Assembly (NCBI GenBank): GCA_002070105.1
Contig: MWCQ01000001.1
Location: 202,253-266,252, forward strand
DNA from: Firmicutes bacterium ADurb.Bin193
GTDB lineage: Bacteria; Bacillota; Clostridia; Monoglobales; Firm-18
Length of the DNA stretch: 64,000 nt
Direction of reading: 5' to 3'
The translations under genes were made by a program, and so were the position numbers. The notes below the pieces were generated by a model. That model was not told where the DNA came from and did no database searches. It saw only the letters and a program-made list of their open reading frames with translations. This document shows positions 30,154 to 40,200 of the stretch, in pieces; the stretch's first letter is position 1; each line of letters starts with the position of its first letter.

Positions 30154-30644
30154 ATTTTCTTAGCCTCCCCGTTTATAACAGAATCCTTTTTCTCGGTTTC
30201 GCTTGCCATATCTTTTTTATATTGTTTTAGCTTATCTCTAAGCCCCTTGTCGGACAGCGCCAAAATCTGAACCGCCAAAAGAGCCGCATTTTCCGCACCG
30301 TCAATCGCAACCGTGGCGACGGGAACTCCCTTGGGCATCTGAACCATCGACAAAAGCGAGTCAAGCCCGTCCATGGTGGAGGACTTTATCGGCAGTCCGA
30401 TAACGGGAAGGGTCGTATACGCCGCAAGCACGCCCGCAAGATGAGCCGCCTTCCCCGCTGCCCCGATTATAACGCCTATACCGTTTTCCTCCGCATGCGT
30501 TGCAAAATCCCCGGCAATTTGCGGCGTTCTGTGCGCCGATATAACGCGCGCCTCGTACGCAACGCCGAAGCTTTTCAAAACCTCAAGGCACTTTTTGATA
30601 ACCGGAAAGTCCGAGTCGCTCCCCATAACTACCGCAACCTTCAT
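30150..30644 (-). CDS. purE: N5-CAIR mutase (class I PurE)
   Basis: [30 protein letters not shown] (class I type AAHL.G). Confidence 0.9.
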   Translation of the reverse strand: MKVAVVMGSDSDFPVIKKCLEVLKSFGVAYEARVISAHRTPQIAGDFATHAEENGIGVIIGAAGKAAHLAGVLAAYTTLPVIGLPIKSSTMDGLDSLLSMVQMPKGVPVATVAIDGAENAALLAVQILALSDKGLRDKLKQYKKDMASETEKKDSVINGEAKKI

Positions 30645-30742
30645 ATAAAACCTTCCCTTACTAATAAATTTTTCAAAACCGAAAGTCTAAGCCGTCAAAA
30701 ATCCGATAAACCAAAGCACGGCGGGCATTGTCACAAGGCTTA

Positions 30743-31630
30743 TTATCGTTGTGGCAAAACCGCCTCGGATGCGTATTTATAATCCCTTTCAAGCTCGTTT
30801 GCCATAATGGAAACGAGGATCATGCAGGGCATTGAAATCTGAAGCACAACCGCCGAAATAGCCGTTACCGTAAGCCCGAAGGAAAACACCTTCGTTAGAA
30901 TCAGGGCGGCAGCGGCGGGAGCCAGAATCATCTTAACCAAAACAATCGCATAAATGGAAGCCTTTTTTAGCGTATTCCGAAGGTCAACCCATGCCATTGC
31001 CGTTCCGACAAACGCCAGGGAAAGATACACCGTCGTCTTGCCGAGCCCTACAAGCGGGTCGTATATAACGGGGGGGAACTTTACCTGAAACAAAAAGCAT
31101 ATTACGCCGAGCGCAATGGCGGCGCTGTTGGGGTTCATAACATTTTTAAGGCGCATACCCACGGGCTTTGTGCCCTTTTGCCCTTCGATTTCGCTAACCC
31201 CCAAAACCCAGAAAGTAGTATCGTTGGCAAGGTGGTAAAACGCACCGTAAAACACGCCGACCGCCCCGAAAACCGCCTCAAAAAGCGGATATGCGATAAA
31301 TGCGACATTCCCGAAGGTCATAAGCGCAACCTGAACTCCGCGTGTTTTTTCGCCGAGATTCGACTTTTTTACATAAAGCCTTCCCAAAAGGATAAGCGCA
31401 AAGACAATAGCAAAGGACATTACAAGGATTATCCCCGCCTCAAACAGGAGCGATTTCTTAAATTCAAGCCCCGCTATGGACGAAAATATCATAAGCGGTG
31501 CGGTTACCTTTATAATAAACCTCGAAAGACCGTCGCGGACATTTTCGCCCAGCCAGCCGACCTTTGTGGCGGTAAAGCTTACCGCTATTATTATGGCGAA
31601 CATTATCACCTTGTTTATCATCATATCCAT
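30743..31630 (-). CDS. AEC (auxin efflux carrier) family permease
   Basis: Polytopic membrane ORF. The start is uncertain: ATGs at 31630, 31624 and 31621 have poor RBS spacing, and the track start at 31693 is a TTG. Confidence 0.75.
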   Translation of the reverse strand: MDMMINKVIMFAIIIAVSFTATKVGWLGENVRDGLSRFIIKVTAPLMIFSSIAGLEFKKSLLFEAGIILVMSFAIVFALILLGRLYVKKSNLGEKTRGVQVALMTFGNVAFIAYPLFEAVFGAVGVFYGAFYHLANDTTFWVLGVSEIEGQKGTKPVGMRLKNVMNPNSAAIALGVICFLFQVKFPPVIYDPLVGLGKTTVYLSLAFVGTAMAWVDLRNTLKKASIYAIVLVKMILAPAAAALILTKVFSFGLTVTAISAVVLQISMPCMILVSIMANELERDYKYASEAVLPQR

Positions 31631-31711
31631 ATGGCTGTATTGTTTTCCTTTCAAAAATTGGCTTGTCAAAAACGCACAACCCTGCGCAGTCAAAAGCAGA
31701 AAGCCGAGCCT

Positions 31712-33247
31712 TTACTCCCATTCGATCGTCGACGGTGGTTTGCTTGTTATGTCGTATACAACGCGGTTTACATACTTTACCTCGTTTACAATTCTGTTTG
31801 AAATTTTCTCCAAAAGGTCATAGGGAATCCTTGCCCAGTCGGCGGTCATAAAATCAATGGTCGAAACGGCGCGCAGGGCAATGGTATAATCATAAGTCCT
31901 CTCGTCGCCCATAACGCCCACGCTTCTCATACCCGTAAGCACGGCGAAATACTGCCCGATATCTCGGCTTATGCCCGAATTTATTATTTCCTCTCTGAAA
32001 ATCGCATCGGCATCGCGCAGGATATCAAGCTTGTCCTTTGTAACTTCGCCGATAACGCGTATACCAAGCCCCGGACCGGGAAAAGGCTGGCGCCACACAA
32101 GGCTTTCGGGAATACCCAAAGCAATACCCGCGCGGCGAACCTCGTCCTTAAAAAGACTGCGCAGAGGCTCTATAATCTCTTTGAAATCAACATAGTCGGG
32201 AAGCCCGCCCACATTGTGATGGCTCTTTATCACAGCGGCGTCGCCGAGTCCGCTTTCTATTACATCGGGGTAAATCGTGCCCTGAACGAGGTAGTCGACT
32301 TTTCCGATTTTCTTCGCTTCCTCCTCAAAAACACGGATAAATTCCTCACCGATAATTTTTCTTTTGGTTTCGGGGTCGGTAATGCCACTCAGCCTCTTTA
32401 AAAAACGCTCCTCGGCGTTAACGCGGATAAGGTTCATGTCAAAGTCACCGCGGAAAACTTTTTCAACCTCGTCGCCCTCGTTTTTGCGCATAAGGCCGTG
32501 GTCGACAAAGACGCAGGTAAGCTGTTTTCCAACCGCCTTGTGTATCATAACCGCCGAAACGGAGGAGTCAACACCGCCCGACATGGCGCATAAAACCTTT
32601 TTGTCGCCGATTTTTTCTTTAAGGTCCTTTACCGTCTTTGCGACAAAGTCCTCCATCTTCCAGTCGCCACCGCACCCGCAAACCCTGTATAAAAAGTTGC
32701 GGAGCATATCGGTCCCGAGTGGGGTATGCACAACCTCCGGATGGAACTGAACGCCGTAAAGCTTTCTTTTCGGGTCCTCAAACGCCGCAACGGGACAGTC
32801 CTTTGTCGAGGCGGTCACCGAAAACCCCGCGGGCAGGGTTTTTACGCAGTATGTATGGCTCATCCAGCAAACCGTGTTGCCCTCCATTCCCGCAAAAACA
32901 GGAGAGGACGGCACTATCTCAAGGTCGGTCTTTCCGTATTCTCTTTTCCCGTTGGCAACAACTTCACCGCCGAGTATATGGCACATAAGCTGCATACCGT
33001 AGCATATACCCAAAACGGGTATTCCGAGGCTAAATATCTCCTCTTCGCAGACGGGGGCGTTGTCGTCATACACGCCCGACGGCCCGCCGGTAAAAATTAT
33101 TCCCTTCGGATTCATTTTTTTTATTTCACAAGCCGAAAGCGTGTAGGGGCGAACCTCGCAGTATACTCCGCACTCCCTCACACGCCTTGCTATAAGCTGG
33201 TTATACTGCCCTCCGAAATCAAGGACAAGCACTAACTCGTTATCCAA
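31712..33247 (-). CDS. guaA: GMP synthase (glutamine-hydrolysing)
   Basis: [31 protein letters not shown] (PP-loop), C-terminal [11 protein letters not shown] start lies 6 nt after AGGGGGAG. Confidence 0.95.
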   Translation of the reverse strand: MDNELVLVLDFGGQYNQLIARRVRECGVYCEVRPYTLSACEIKKMNPKGIIFTGGPSGVYDDNAPVCEEEIFSLGIPVLGICYGMQLMCHILGGEVVANGKREYGKTDLEIVPSSPVFAGMEGNTVCWMSHTYCVKTLPAGFSVTASTKDCPVAAFEDPKRKLYGVQFHPEVVHTPLGTDMLRNFLYRVCGCGGDWKMEDFVAKTVKDLKEKIGDKKVLCAMSGGVDSSVSAVMIHKAVGKQLTCVFVDHGLMRKNEGDEVEKVFRGDFDMNLIRVNAEERFLKRLSGITDPETKRKIIGEEFIRVFEEEAKKIGKVDYLVQGTIYPDVIESGLGDAAVIKSHHNVGGLPDYVDFKEIIEPLRSLFKDEVRRAGIALGIPESLVWRQPFPGPGLGIRVIGEVTKDKLDILRDADAIFREEIINSGISRDIGQYFAVLTGMRSVGVMGDERTYDYTIALRAVSTIDFMTADWARIPYDLLEKISNRIVNEVKYVNRVVYDITSKPPSTIEWE

Positions 33248-33535
33248 AAAAACTCCCCCTATTTAGGCTGAACTGAAAAACCTCGTTTTTCAGTGGAATG
33301 CCTTAAAATGTAAGCATATCCCTTGTAAAACTGCATGGTTTCGGCAGTTTTACAGGGGTTTGCGCGCATTTTCATAGGGCTGTGTGGTCAAAAGCAACTA
33401 TGCAATTCGTGTGCTTTTTGACGGTTTCCGGTCAAAAAGCATACGGATGAACCGATAAAAAACCGTCATAAAACCTTGCAATAGATTGTCAGCAACCTTT
33501 TTCAGCAAGCCCTATTATATAGACTAACCAATAAC

Positions 33536-33565
33536 ATTATATATGTTTTTTGACAAAAAGTCCAA
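33536..33565 (-). promoter_or_regulatory. candidate sigma-A promoter of guaA
   Basis: On the minus strand: TTGGAC, 18-nt spacer, TATAAT. This implies a leader of about 280 nt. Confidence 0.35.
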
Positions 33566-33599
33566 TAATTTTTTCAAAAAAATTATACAAGCCCAAAGG

Positions 33600-33830
33600 T
33601 CATTCGGGCTTGTAATTCGGCTTTTTGTATAAACTGTCCATGTTTGCCATAATTTCGGGATAGAAAACCTTTTCTCCCCATTCTTTCCTGTCATACTCCT
33701 CTATCGCTACCGAAATATGGTCGTCGCTGCAACCGACGGTTTCGATAAGAGCCTCCGAAACACGGCGTGTAAGCGCCTGTTTTTGCTCCTCGCTTCTTCC
33801 CTTATACATCTTTACCACTACATGCGGCAT
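33600..33830 (-). CDS. 4-oxalocrotonate tautomerase family protein
   Basis: ATG at 33830 is preceded by GGGAGGG plus 7 nt. It gives MPHVVVKMYKGRSEEQK, with the catalytic Pro1 typical of the family. Confidence 0.78.
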   Translation of the reverse strand: MPHVVVKMYKGRSEEQKQALTRRVSEALIETVGCSDDHISVAIEEYDRKEWGEKVFYPEIMANMDSLYKKPNYKPE

Positions 33831-35115
33831 TTTCAATCCCTCCCTTGATTCTTTTTACATTATGATAAATTTTTACAACATCGAGCGTACTGTATACGCC
33901 CCGTTCCATTAGGAACCTGCCCCCCACCATAACGCTTTCGACATCGGATGCCTGTGCGCTGTAAGCCACGGCGGAAAACGGGTCGTAATACGGAGTAAGA
34001 TGGGGCTTGTCGGTATTTATGACAATAAGGTCGGCGTTATATCCCGCCTTTAAAACGCCCGTTTCGCAAAGCCCCAGCGCCTTTGCGCCGTTTACGGTCG
34101 CCATCTTAAGCGCGGTATAGGCGGAAACGGCTTCGGGATTGTTTGTAACTCCCTTTTGCAATAGCGCCGCAAGGTGAATTTCCTCAAACATATTAAGGTT
34201 GTTGTTGCTTGCCGCACCGTCCGTTCCGAGCGCAATGTTTATCCCGCTGCCGGCATAGCGCATAATCGGCGCAATCCCGCTTGCAAGCTTTAGGTTGCTT
34301 GTGGGGTTGTGTGCAATGCTGATGTTATATTCTTTATATATCCTGATATCTTCATCCGAAAGAAAAACGCTGTGCGCCGCAATCGTCCTTGTTTTGAAAA
34401 AGCCGCAGCTTTTGAATAGGGCGGTCGGCGTCATGCCGTATTTACTCATGCAATCGCTGTTTTCCGTCATATTTTCGGAGATATGGGTGTGAACGCCCGC
34501 GCCCAATTGCTCCGCAAGGTTTGCGGTATATCTTAAATAAGCGGGTATATTCGTATAAACGGCGTGAGGTGCAAGTTCAACCTGTATCCTACCCTCGGCC
34601 GCACCGTTATATTCGGTGTAAAGGTCTAAAGCTTCACATATCATTCGATCGTTTTCGTATGAGGGCTTTTCCTTAAAGCATTGCAGGGAGCGGCTTATAT
34701 TCGCCCTCATTCCGCTTTCAACAGCCGCCTTAGCCGTGCCCTTGTTCAGAAAATACATATCCGCAAATGAAGTGGTGCCGCCCGAAATCATTTCAAGACA
34801 GCCAAGACAGCTTCCCCAGTAAATATCGTCCTCCGTCAGTGTATCCTCAATGGGGAATATTTTATCAAAAAGCCAGCTTTGAAGCGCAAGGTCGTCGGCA
34901 TAGCACCGAAGAAGAGTCATGGGCGAATGGGTATGGGCGTTTACAAGCCCCGGCATAACGATATTTCCCTTAACATCCACCGTGCGATCGGGTGTAAAGG
35001 TTTCGCACTTGCCAACGAAGGAAATTTTACTGTCCGCTATTCCGATATCGCCCCGAATAAGCGGATTGTCATCGTCCATTGTAAGGATAACGGCGTTTTT
35101 TATAAGTATATTCAT
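33802..35115 (-). CDS. mtaD: 5'-methylthioadenosine / S-adenosylhomocysteine deaminase (amidohydrolase)
   Basis: ILTMDDDNPLIRGDIGIADSKISFVG, GLVNAHTHSPMT, HISE, GTDGAASNN. Confidence 0.82.
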   Translation of the reverse strand: MNILIKNAVILTMDDDNPLIRGDIGIADSKISFVGKCETFTPDRTVDVKGNIVMPGLVNAHTHSPMTLLRCYADDLALQSWLFDKIFPIEDTLTEDDIYWGSCLGCLEMISGGTTSFADMYFLNKGTAKAAVESGMRANISRSLQCFKEKPSYENDRMICEALDLYTEYNGAAEGRIQVELAPHAVYTNIPAYLRYTANLAEQLGAGVHTHISENMTENSDCMSKYGMTPTALFKSCGFFKTRTIAAHSVFLSDEDIRIYKEYNISIAHNPTSNLKLASGIAPIMRYAGSGINIALGTDGAASNNNLNMFEEIHLAALLQKGVTNNPEAVSAYTALKMATVNGAKALGLCETGVLKAGYNADLIVINTDKPHLTPYYDPFSAVAYSAQASDVESVMVGGRFLMERGVYSTLDVVKIYHNVKRIKGGIENAACSGKDV

Positions 35116-36359
35116 ACCTGTCTTGCCTCCAGATATTCTTTTTGACTATCCGTCAGGGAATCTATATCGACACCGAAGGCTTTTAGCCTTAGCATTGCCA
35201 CATATTCATTGATTTCATCGGGCACGCCGTATACCTTTTTCGTAAGGCTTTTGTGATTTTTCAGGATATATTCCGCACAAAGCGACTGAAGCGCAAAGCT
35301 CATATCCATAATCTCCGCAGGGTGTCCGTCACCCGCCGCAAGGTTTACAAGCCGTCCCTCGGCAAGAAGGTTAATCCTTCTGCCGTCTTTTTGCAGGTAT
35401 TCGGTTATATTTTTCCTCGCCTCGTGTGAAGAAACGGAAATCTCCTCAAGTTCGGGAATACAAATCTCCACATCAAAATGTCCGGCATTGGCAAGTATGA
35501 CTCCGTCCTTCATAACGGCAAAATGCTCTTTCCCGATAACCCTTTTACAGCCGGTTAGGGTTATAAAAAGGTCACCTAGTTTAGCGGCCTCAATCATCGG
35601 CATAACGGTAAAGCCGTCCATAACCGCCTCTATTGCGGCAAGCGGGCTTACCTCCGTAATAATTACCTTCGCGCCGAGCCCCTTTGCGCGCATGGCAACG
35701 CCCTTGCCGCACCATCCGTATCCCGCAACAACAACGGTTTTTCCGCATACCATAAGGTTTGTGGTGCGGTTTATTCCGTCCCACACCGATTGTCCCGTAC
35801 CGTAGCGGTTGTCAAAAAGGTATTTGCATTTCGCGTCGTTTACAGAAATCATAGGGAACAGAAGGCTTTTATCCCTCTCCTTCGCCCGAAGGCGCATTAC
35901 TCCCGTGGTTGTTTCCTCACAGCCGCCGTATATTTTTTTCGCAAGTTCGCGCCTTTCGCCGTGAAGAAGCCCTACAAGGTCGCCCCCGTCGTCTATGATA
36001 ATATCGGGCTTTATGTCAAGAGCCATGTTAAGATGCCGTGTGTATTCGTCCTCCGATGCCCCGTGCCATGCGTAAACCGAAATGCCCTCCTCAAGCGCAA
36101 GCGCCGCGGCTATATCGTCCTGTGTCGAAAGAGGGTTGCTCCCCGTTATGGCTACCTTTGCGCCGCCCGTCGCAAGCGTTTTCGCAAAGTATGCGGTTTT
36201 CGCCTCAAGATGTATGCTTACGGCTATGTTAACGCCCTCGAAGGGTCGTCTTTTTTTGAAATCCTCCGATATTACACCCAAAAGCCGCATATTGTTTTTA
36301 ACCCACTCGATTTTCTTTATCCCTGACGGATAAAGCGATTTATCCCTTATTACGCTCAT
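35112..36359 (-). CDS. ahcY: adenosylhomocysteinase-family hydrolase (short, archaeal-like 415-aa form)
   Basis: HLEAKTA, IIDDGGD, VVVAGYGWCGKGVA (NAD motif), NLAAGDGHPAEIMD. Its stop overlaps the mtaD start (ATGA). Confidence 0.88.
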   Translation of the reverse strand: MSVIRDKSLYPSGIKKIEWVKNNMRLLGVISEDFKKRRPFEGVNIAVSIHLEAKTAYFAKTLATGGAKVAITGSNPLSTQDDIAAALALEEGISVYAWHGASEDEYTRHLNMALDIKPDIIIDDGGDLVGLLHGERRELAKKIYGGCEETTTGVMRLRAKERDKSLLFPMISVNDAKCKYLFDNRYGTGQSVWDGINRTTNLMVCGKTVVVAGYGWCGKGVAMRAKGLGAKVIITEVSPLAAIEAVMDGFTVMPMIEAAKLGDLFITLTGCKRVIGKEHFAVMKDGVILANAGHFDVEICIPELEEISVSSHEARKNITEYLQKDGRRINLLAEGRLVNLAAGDGHPAEIMDMSFALQSLCAEYILKNHKSLTKKVYGVPDEINEYVAMLRLKAFGVDIDSLTDSQKEYLEARQV

Positions 36360-36362
36360 ATA

Positions 36363-37187
36363 TCAAACCTCAATCCTCTCAATAACCGCAGTTACAAGCT
36401 TTGCAAAGTCCTCTGCGGCGTTTTTCCCCGCCTGTATAACCTCCTCCGCGCTAAGCGGCTTGTCGAGTATCCCCGCCGCCATGTTTGTTAGCAGGGATAT
36501 GCCCAGAACATCAAGCCCGCAGTGCGAGGCGGCAATAACCTCCGCAACCGTCGACATCCCCACTGCATCCGCACCCAAAATCTCAAGCGCGCGGATTTCG
36601 GCGGGCGTTTCATAGGAAGGGCCCGGCATATAGGCATAAACGCCCTCGCGAAGCGGCATTCCGACACCGTAGGCAACCTCCTTGGCAAGCTCCCGAAGCC
36701 TCGGAGTGTAAGCATAGGTCATATCGTTAAACCTCGGTCCGAGCTTATCGTCGTTGGGTCCGCGAAGGGGACTGTCGGCAACAAGCTTTATATGGTCCGA
36801 TATAAGCATAAGCTCACCCGCGCCGAACTCGGTATTTATACACCCCGCCGCATTGGTGATGATAAGGTTTTTAACGCCCATCTCCTTAAAAACATAAACG
36901 GGAAAGGCGGACTGCTCCATCGAGTAGCCCTCATAGCAATGGAATCTTCCGCACATCATAATTACATAGCGGTTTTTCAGCTTTCCGAAAACAAGCTTTG
37001 AGCTGTGCCCGATTGCGGTTGCCTCACCAAAGCCCGGTATATCGCTATACGGTATCTCAATCCTGTCGTCAACCCTTTCATGGAAGCCGGCAAGACCCGA
37101 ACCCAGTATCACAGCCGTCGGCGGAATAACCTTGATTTTGCTTAAAATATACTTTGCACTTTCCGAAACCTTTGAATACGGTAACAT
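36363..37187 (-). CDS. punA: purine nucleoside phosphorylase, trimeric PNP-I / PunA type
   Basis: GRFHCYEGY, ITNAAGCIN, VGMSTVAEV. Confidence 0.82.
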   Translation of the reverse strand: MLPYSKVSESAKYILSKIKVIPPTAVILGSGLAGFHERVDDRIEIPYSDIPGFGEATAIGHSSKLVFGKLKNRYVIMMCGRFHCYEGYSMEQSAFPVYVFKEMGVKNLIITNAAGCINTEFGAGELMLISDHIKLVADSPLRGPNDDKLGPRFNDMTYAYTPRLRELAKEVAYGVGMPLREGVYAYMPGPSYETPAEIRALEILGADAVGMSTVAEVIAASHCGLDVLGISLLTNMAAGILDKPLSAEEVIQAGKNAAEDFAKLVTAVIERIEV

Positions 37188-37226
37188 ATTACTCCCCTTT
37201 TAAGCCCCTAAACCTTTTATAAAGGC

Positions 37227-40200
37227 TTATTTAAAATATTCCACGCCCGATTCGAAGATATACTGATTCTTGTCACCGGGGATATTTTTTGCAACACAGT
37301 GCCCTATACGCTCGGAGTGTCCCATCTTTCCAAGGACGCGCCCGTCGGGGCTTGTTATACCCTCGACCGCATATAGCGAGCCGTTGGGGTTAAAGCGTAT
37401 GTCCATTGTCGGATTCCCCATCGGGTCGACATACCTTGTGGCAATCTGTCCGTTTTTCTCAAGAGCATTAATAACATCTTCCTTTGCGACAAACCGACCC
37501 TCACCGTGAGAAACGGGGATTGTGTGAATATCCCCCGCCTTAACCTTTGAAAACCACGGTGAAAGAGTGGACGAAACAACAGTCTGAACCATTGTCGATA
37601 CATGCCGTCCGAGAGTGTTGTATGTCAGGGTCGGGCTGTCGTCCGCAAGGTCGCGCATTTCGCCGTAGGGTACAAGCCCAAGCTTTATAAGCGCCTGAAA
37701 ACCGTTGCATATACCGAGTATAAGCCCGTCACGGTTCTTTAAAAGATTGTGTATATCCTCCTTCAGCCTTGGGCTTTTGAAGGTTGCGGCAATGAACTTG
37801 CCCGAGCCGTCGGGCTCGTCCCCCGCCGAAAAGCCGCCGGGCAGCGCAAGTATGTTTGCGGCGTTTATCCTTTTCGAAAGCTCCGAAACCGACTGTTCGA
37901 TATCTTTCGGAGAAAGGTTTTTCATTACGAAAATGTCAACCTCTGCCCCCGCCCTTTCAAATTCGCGCGCCGTGTCATACTCACAATTTGTGCCGGGGAA
38001 AACTGGTATGAAAACCCTTGGCCGTGCGTTTTTCAAAAGAGGCCTTGCCGTATTTCGCCCCCTATAAAGTGAGTTTTCAAGCGTTTCCTCCGATTCTTCC
38101 ACATAGGTCGGGAAAACCTTTTCAAGCGGCTTTGTCCAGACCCTTTGCATTTCGTCGATGGAGATTTCAAAATCACGGTGGGAAACCGTTTGTTTGTCCT
38201 TTGTAGTACCCAAAAGCTCACCGAAGCCGATATCACAGTCTGTTTCAAGGAGTATCGAGCCGTTGCATTTACGGAATATATCCTCCTTTGATACATCCGC
38301 AAATTCAAAGCCTATTGCGTTTGCAAAGCACATTTTCGAAATTGCCTCACACAGGCCTCCGCCCGTCACCACATACGAAGAAAGCACTTTTTTGCTTTTT
38401 ATAAGCTTGTATATTTTATTGTATTTTTGTATTAAATCGTCAAAGTCGGGAATAAAGTTTTCGTCGGTTTTAATCCTCACCAGAAAAACACGGCTTTTGC
38501 TTTTTTGAAACCCGCCCGAAACAATTTCGTCCGCACACGCCGTGTTTACCGCAAAGGAAACCAATGTGGGCGGAACATCCGTGTCAAGGAAGGAGCCCGA
38601 CATACTGTCTTTCCCGCCGATTGCGGCGATACGAAGCCTTTTTTGCGCCGTATATGCGCCCAAAAGCGCAGAAAGGGGTTTGCCCCAGCGCCTCGGCTCG
38701 TCCCTCAACTTTTCAAAATACTCCTGAAGGGTCAGATATGTTTTTGAATAATCACACCCCGCCGCAACTATTTTGGATACCGACTCCACAACCGCATATA
38801 CCGCACCATGAAAGGGGCTCCACCTCGATATTTCGGGGTTAAAGCCATAAGACATAACCGTCGCCGTTTGTGTTTCGCCCTCCAAGACGGGGATTTTTGC
38901 CGCCATAACCTGCTGGGGCGTAAGCTGATACCTGCCGCCGAGCGGCATAAGCACCGTACCCGCGCCGATAGAGCTGTCAAAACGCTCGATAAGCCCCTTC
39001 TGACAGCATACATTAAGCTCCGAAAGCGTTTGGAGCCATTTTCCCTTTGCGTCTTTTATATCCTTATTTTTAAAGTATCCGTTTTTATAGTCTATTTCGG
39101 AAACAACCGCATTTACCGTCTTTTCCGCGCCGTTTGTACTTAAAAAGTCACGGCTTATGTCCACAATCCGCTTGCCCCGCCATGTCATAACAAGGCGTTT
39201 TTCGTCCGTTACCGCAGCAACGGGGGTAGCCTCAAGGTTTTCATCCTTTGCAAGAGCTATAAACCGCTCTTTGTCCTCACCTGCCACAACAACCGCCATT
39301 CTCTCCTGAGATTCGGATATCGCAAGCTCTGTTCCCGTAAGCCCTTCATACTTTTTCGGTACGGCATCAAGATTGATTAAAAGCCCGTCCGCAAGCTCAC
39401 CTATCGCAACGCTTACGCCGCCCGCGCCGAAGTCGTTGCACCGCTTTATAAGGCGCGTTGCTTCGGGATTTCTGAAAAGGCGCTGAATTTTCCGCTCCTC
39501 CGGCGGATTACCCTTTTGAACCTCCGCGCCGCACTCCGTAAGGGATTCCTCGGTATGCGCCTTTGAGGAGCCTGTCGCCCCGCCGCAGCCGTCCCTGCCC
39601 GTGCGCCCGCCGAGAAGGATTACAACATCGCCCGCCGTTGGCACCTTTCTTACCACATTTTCCGCAGGGGCAGCGCCGATAACCGCGCCGATTTCCATAC
39701 GCTTTGCGGTATAGCCCTCGTCGTAAATCTCGTTTACCAGCCCTGTCGCAAGCCCTATCTGGTTGCCGTACGAGCTGTACCCCGCCGCCGCGCCCGTGGT
39801 AATCTTCCTTTGCGGAAGCTTTCCGCTTATCGTTTCCTCCACGGACTTTCGCGGGTCACCGCTTCCCGTAACGCGCATAGCCTGATATACATACGCCCTT
39901 CCCGAAAGCGGGTCACGAATCGCACCGCCGAGGCAGGTCGCCGCCCCGCCGAAGGGTTCTATTTCGGTGGGGTGATTGTGGGTTTCGTTTTTGAACATTA
40001 CAAGCCACGGCTCTGTTTTTCCGTCAATATCAACATCGACCCTGATGCTGCAGGCGTTAATCTCGTCCGATTCGTCAAGGGCGGTCAGAACGCCGTCCTT
40101 TTTAAGCCTTTTCATCGCCGTTGTGGCAATATCCATAAGCGTAATATTTCTTCCCTGCCCGCCGTGCAAATACTCCCTGTCGGCAAGGTACTCATTATAA

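Noticed and set aside
30645-30742. ZTP, purine or PRPP riboswitch in front of purE
   Set aside because: The spacer is only 98 nt and contains no GGGUCGUGAC / CCGCCUGGGC-type or purine-core sequence. purE is probably co-transcribed with the upstream genes.
33248-33599. Purine (guanine) riboswitch upstream of guaA
   Set aside because: I searched both the leader and its complement for the conserved core (UAUAAU..GGAUAUGG..GUUUCUACC..CCGUAAAU..GACUAUG) and found none of these blocks. I report only unexplained hairpins.
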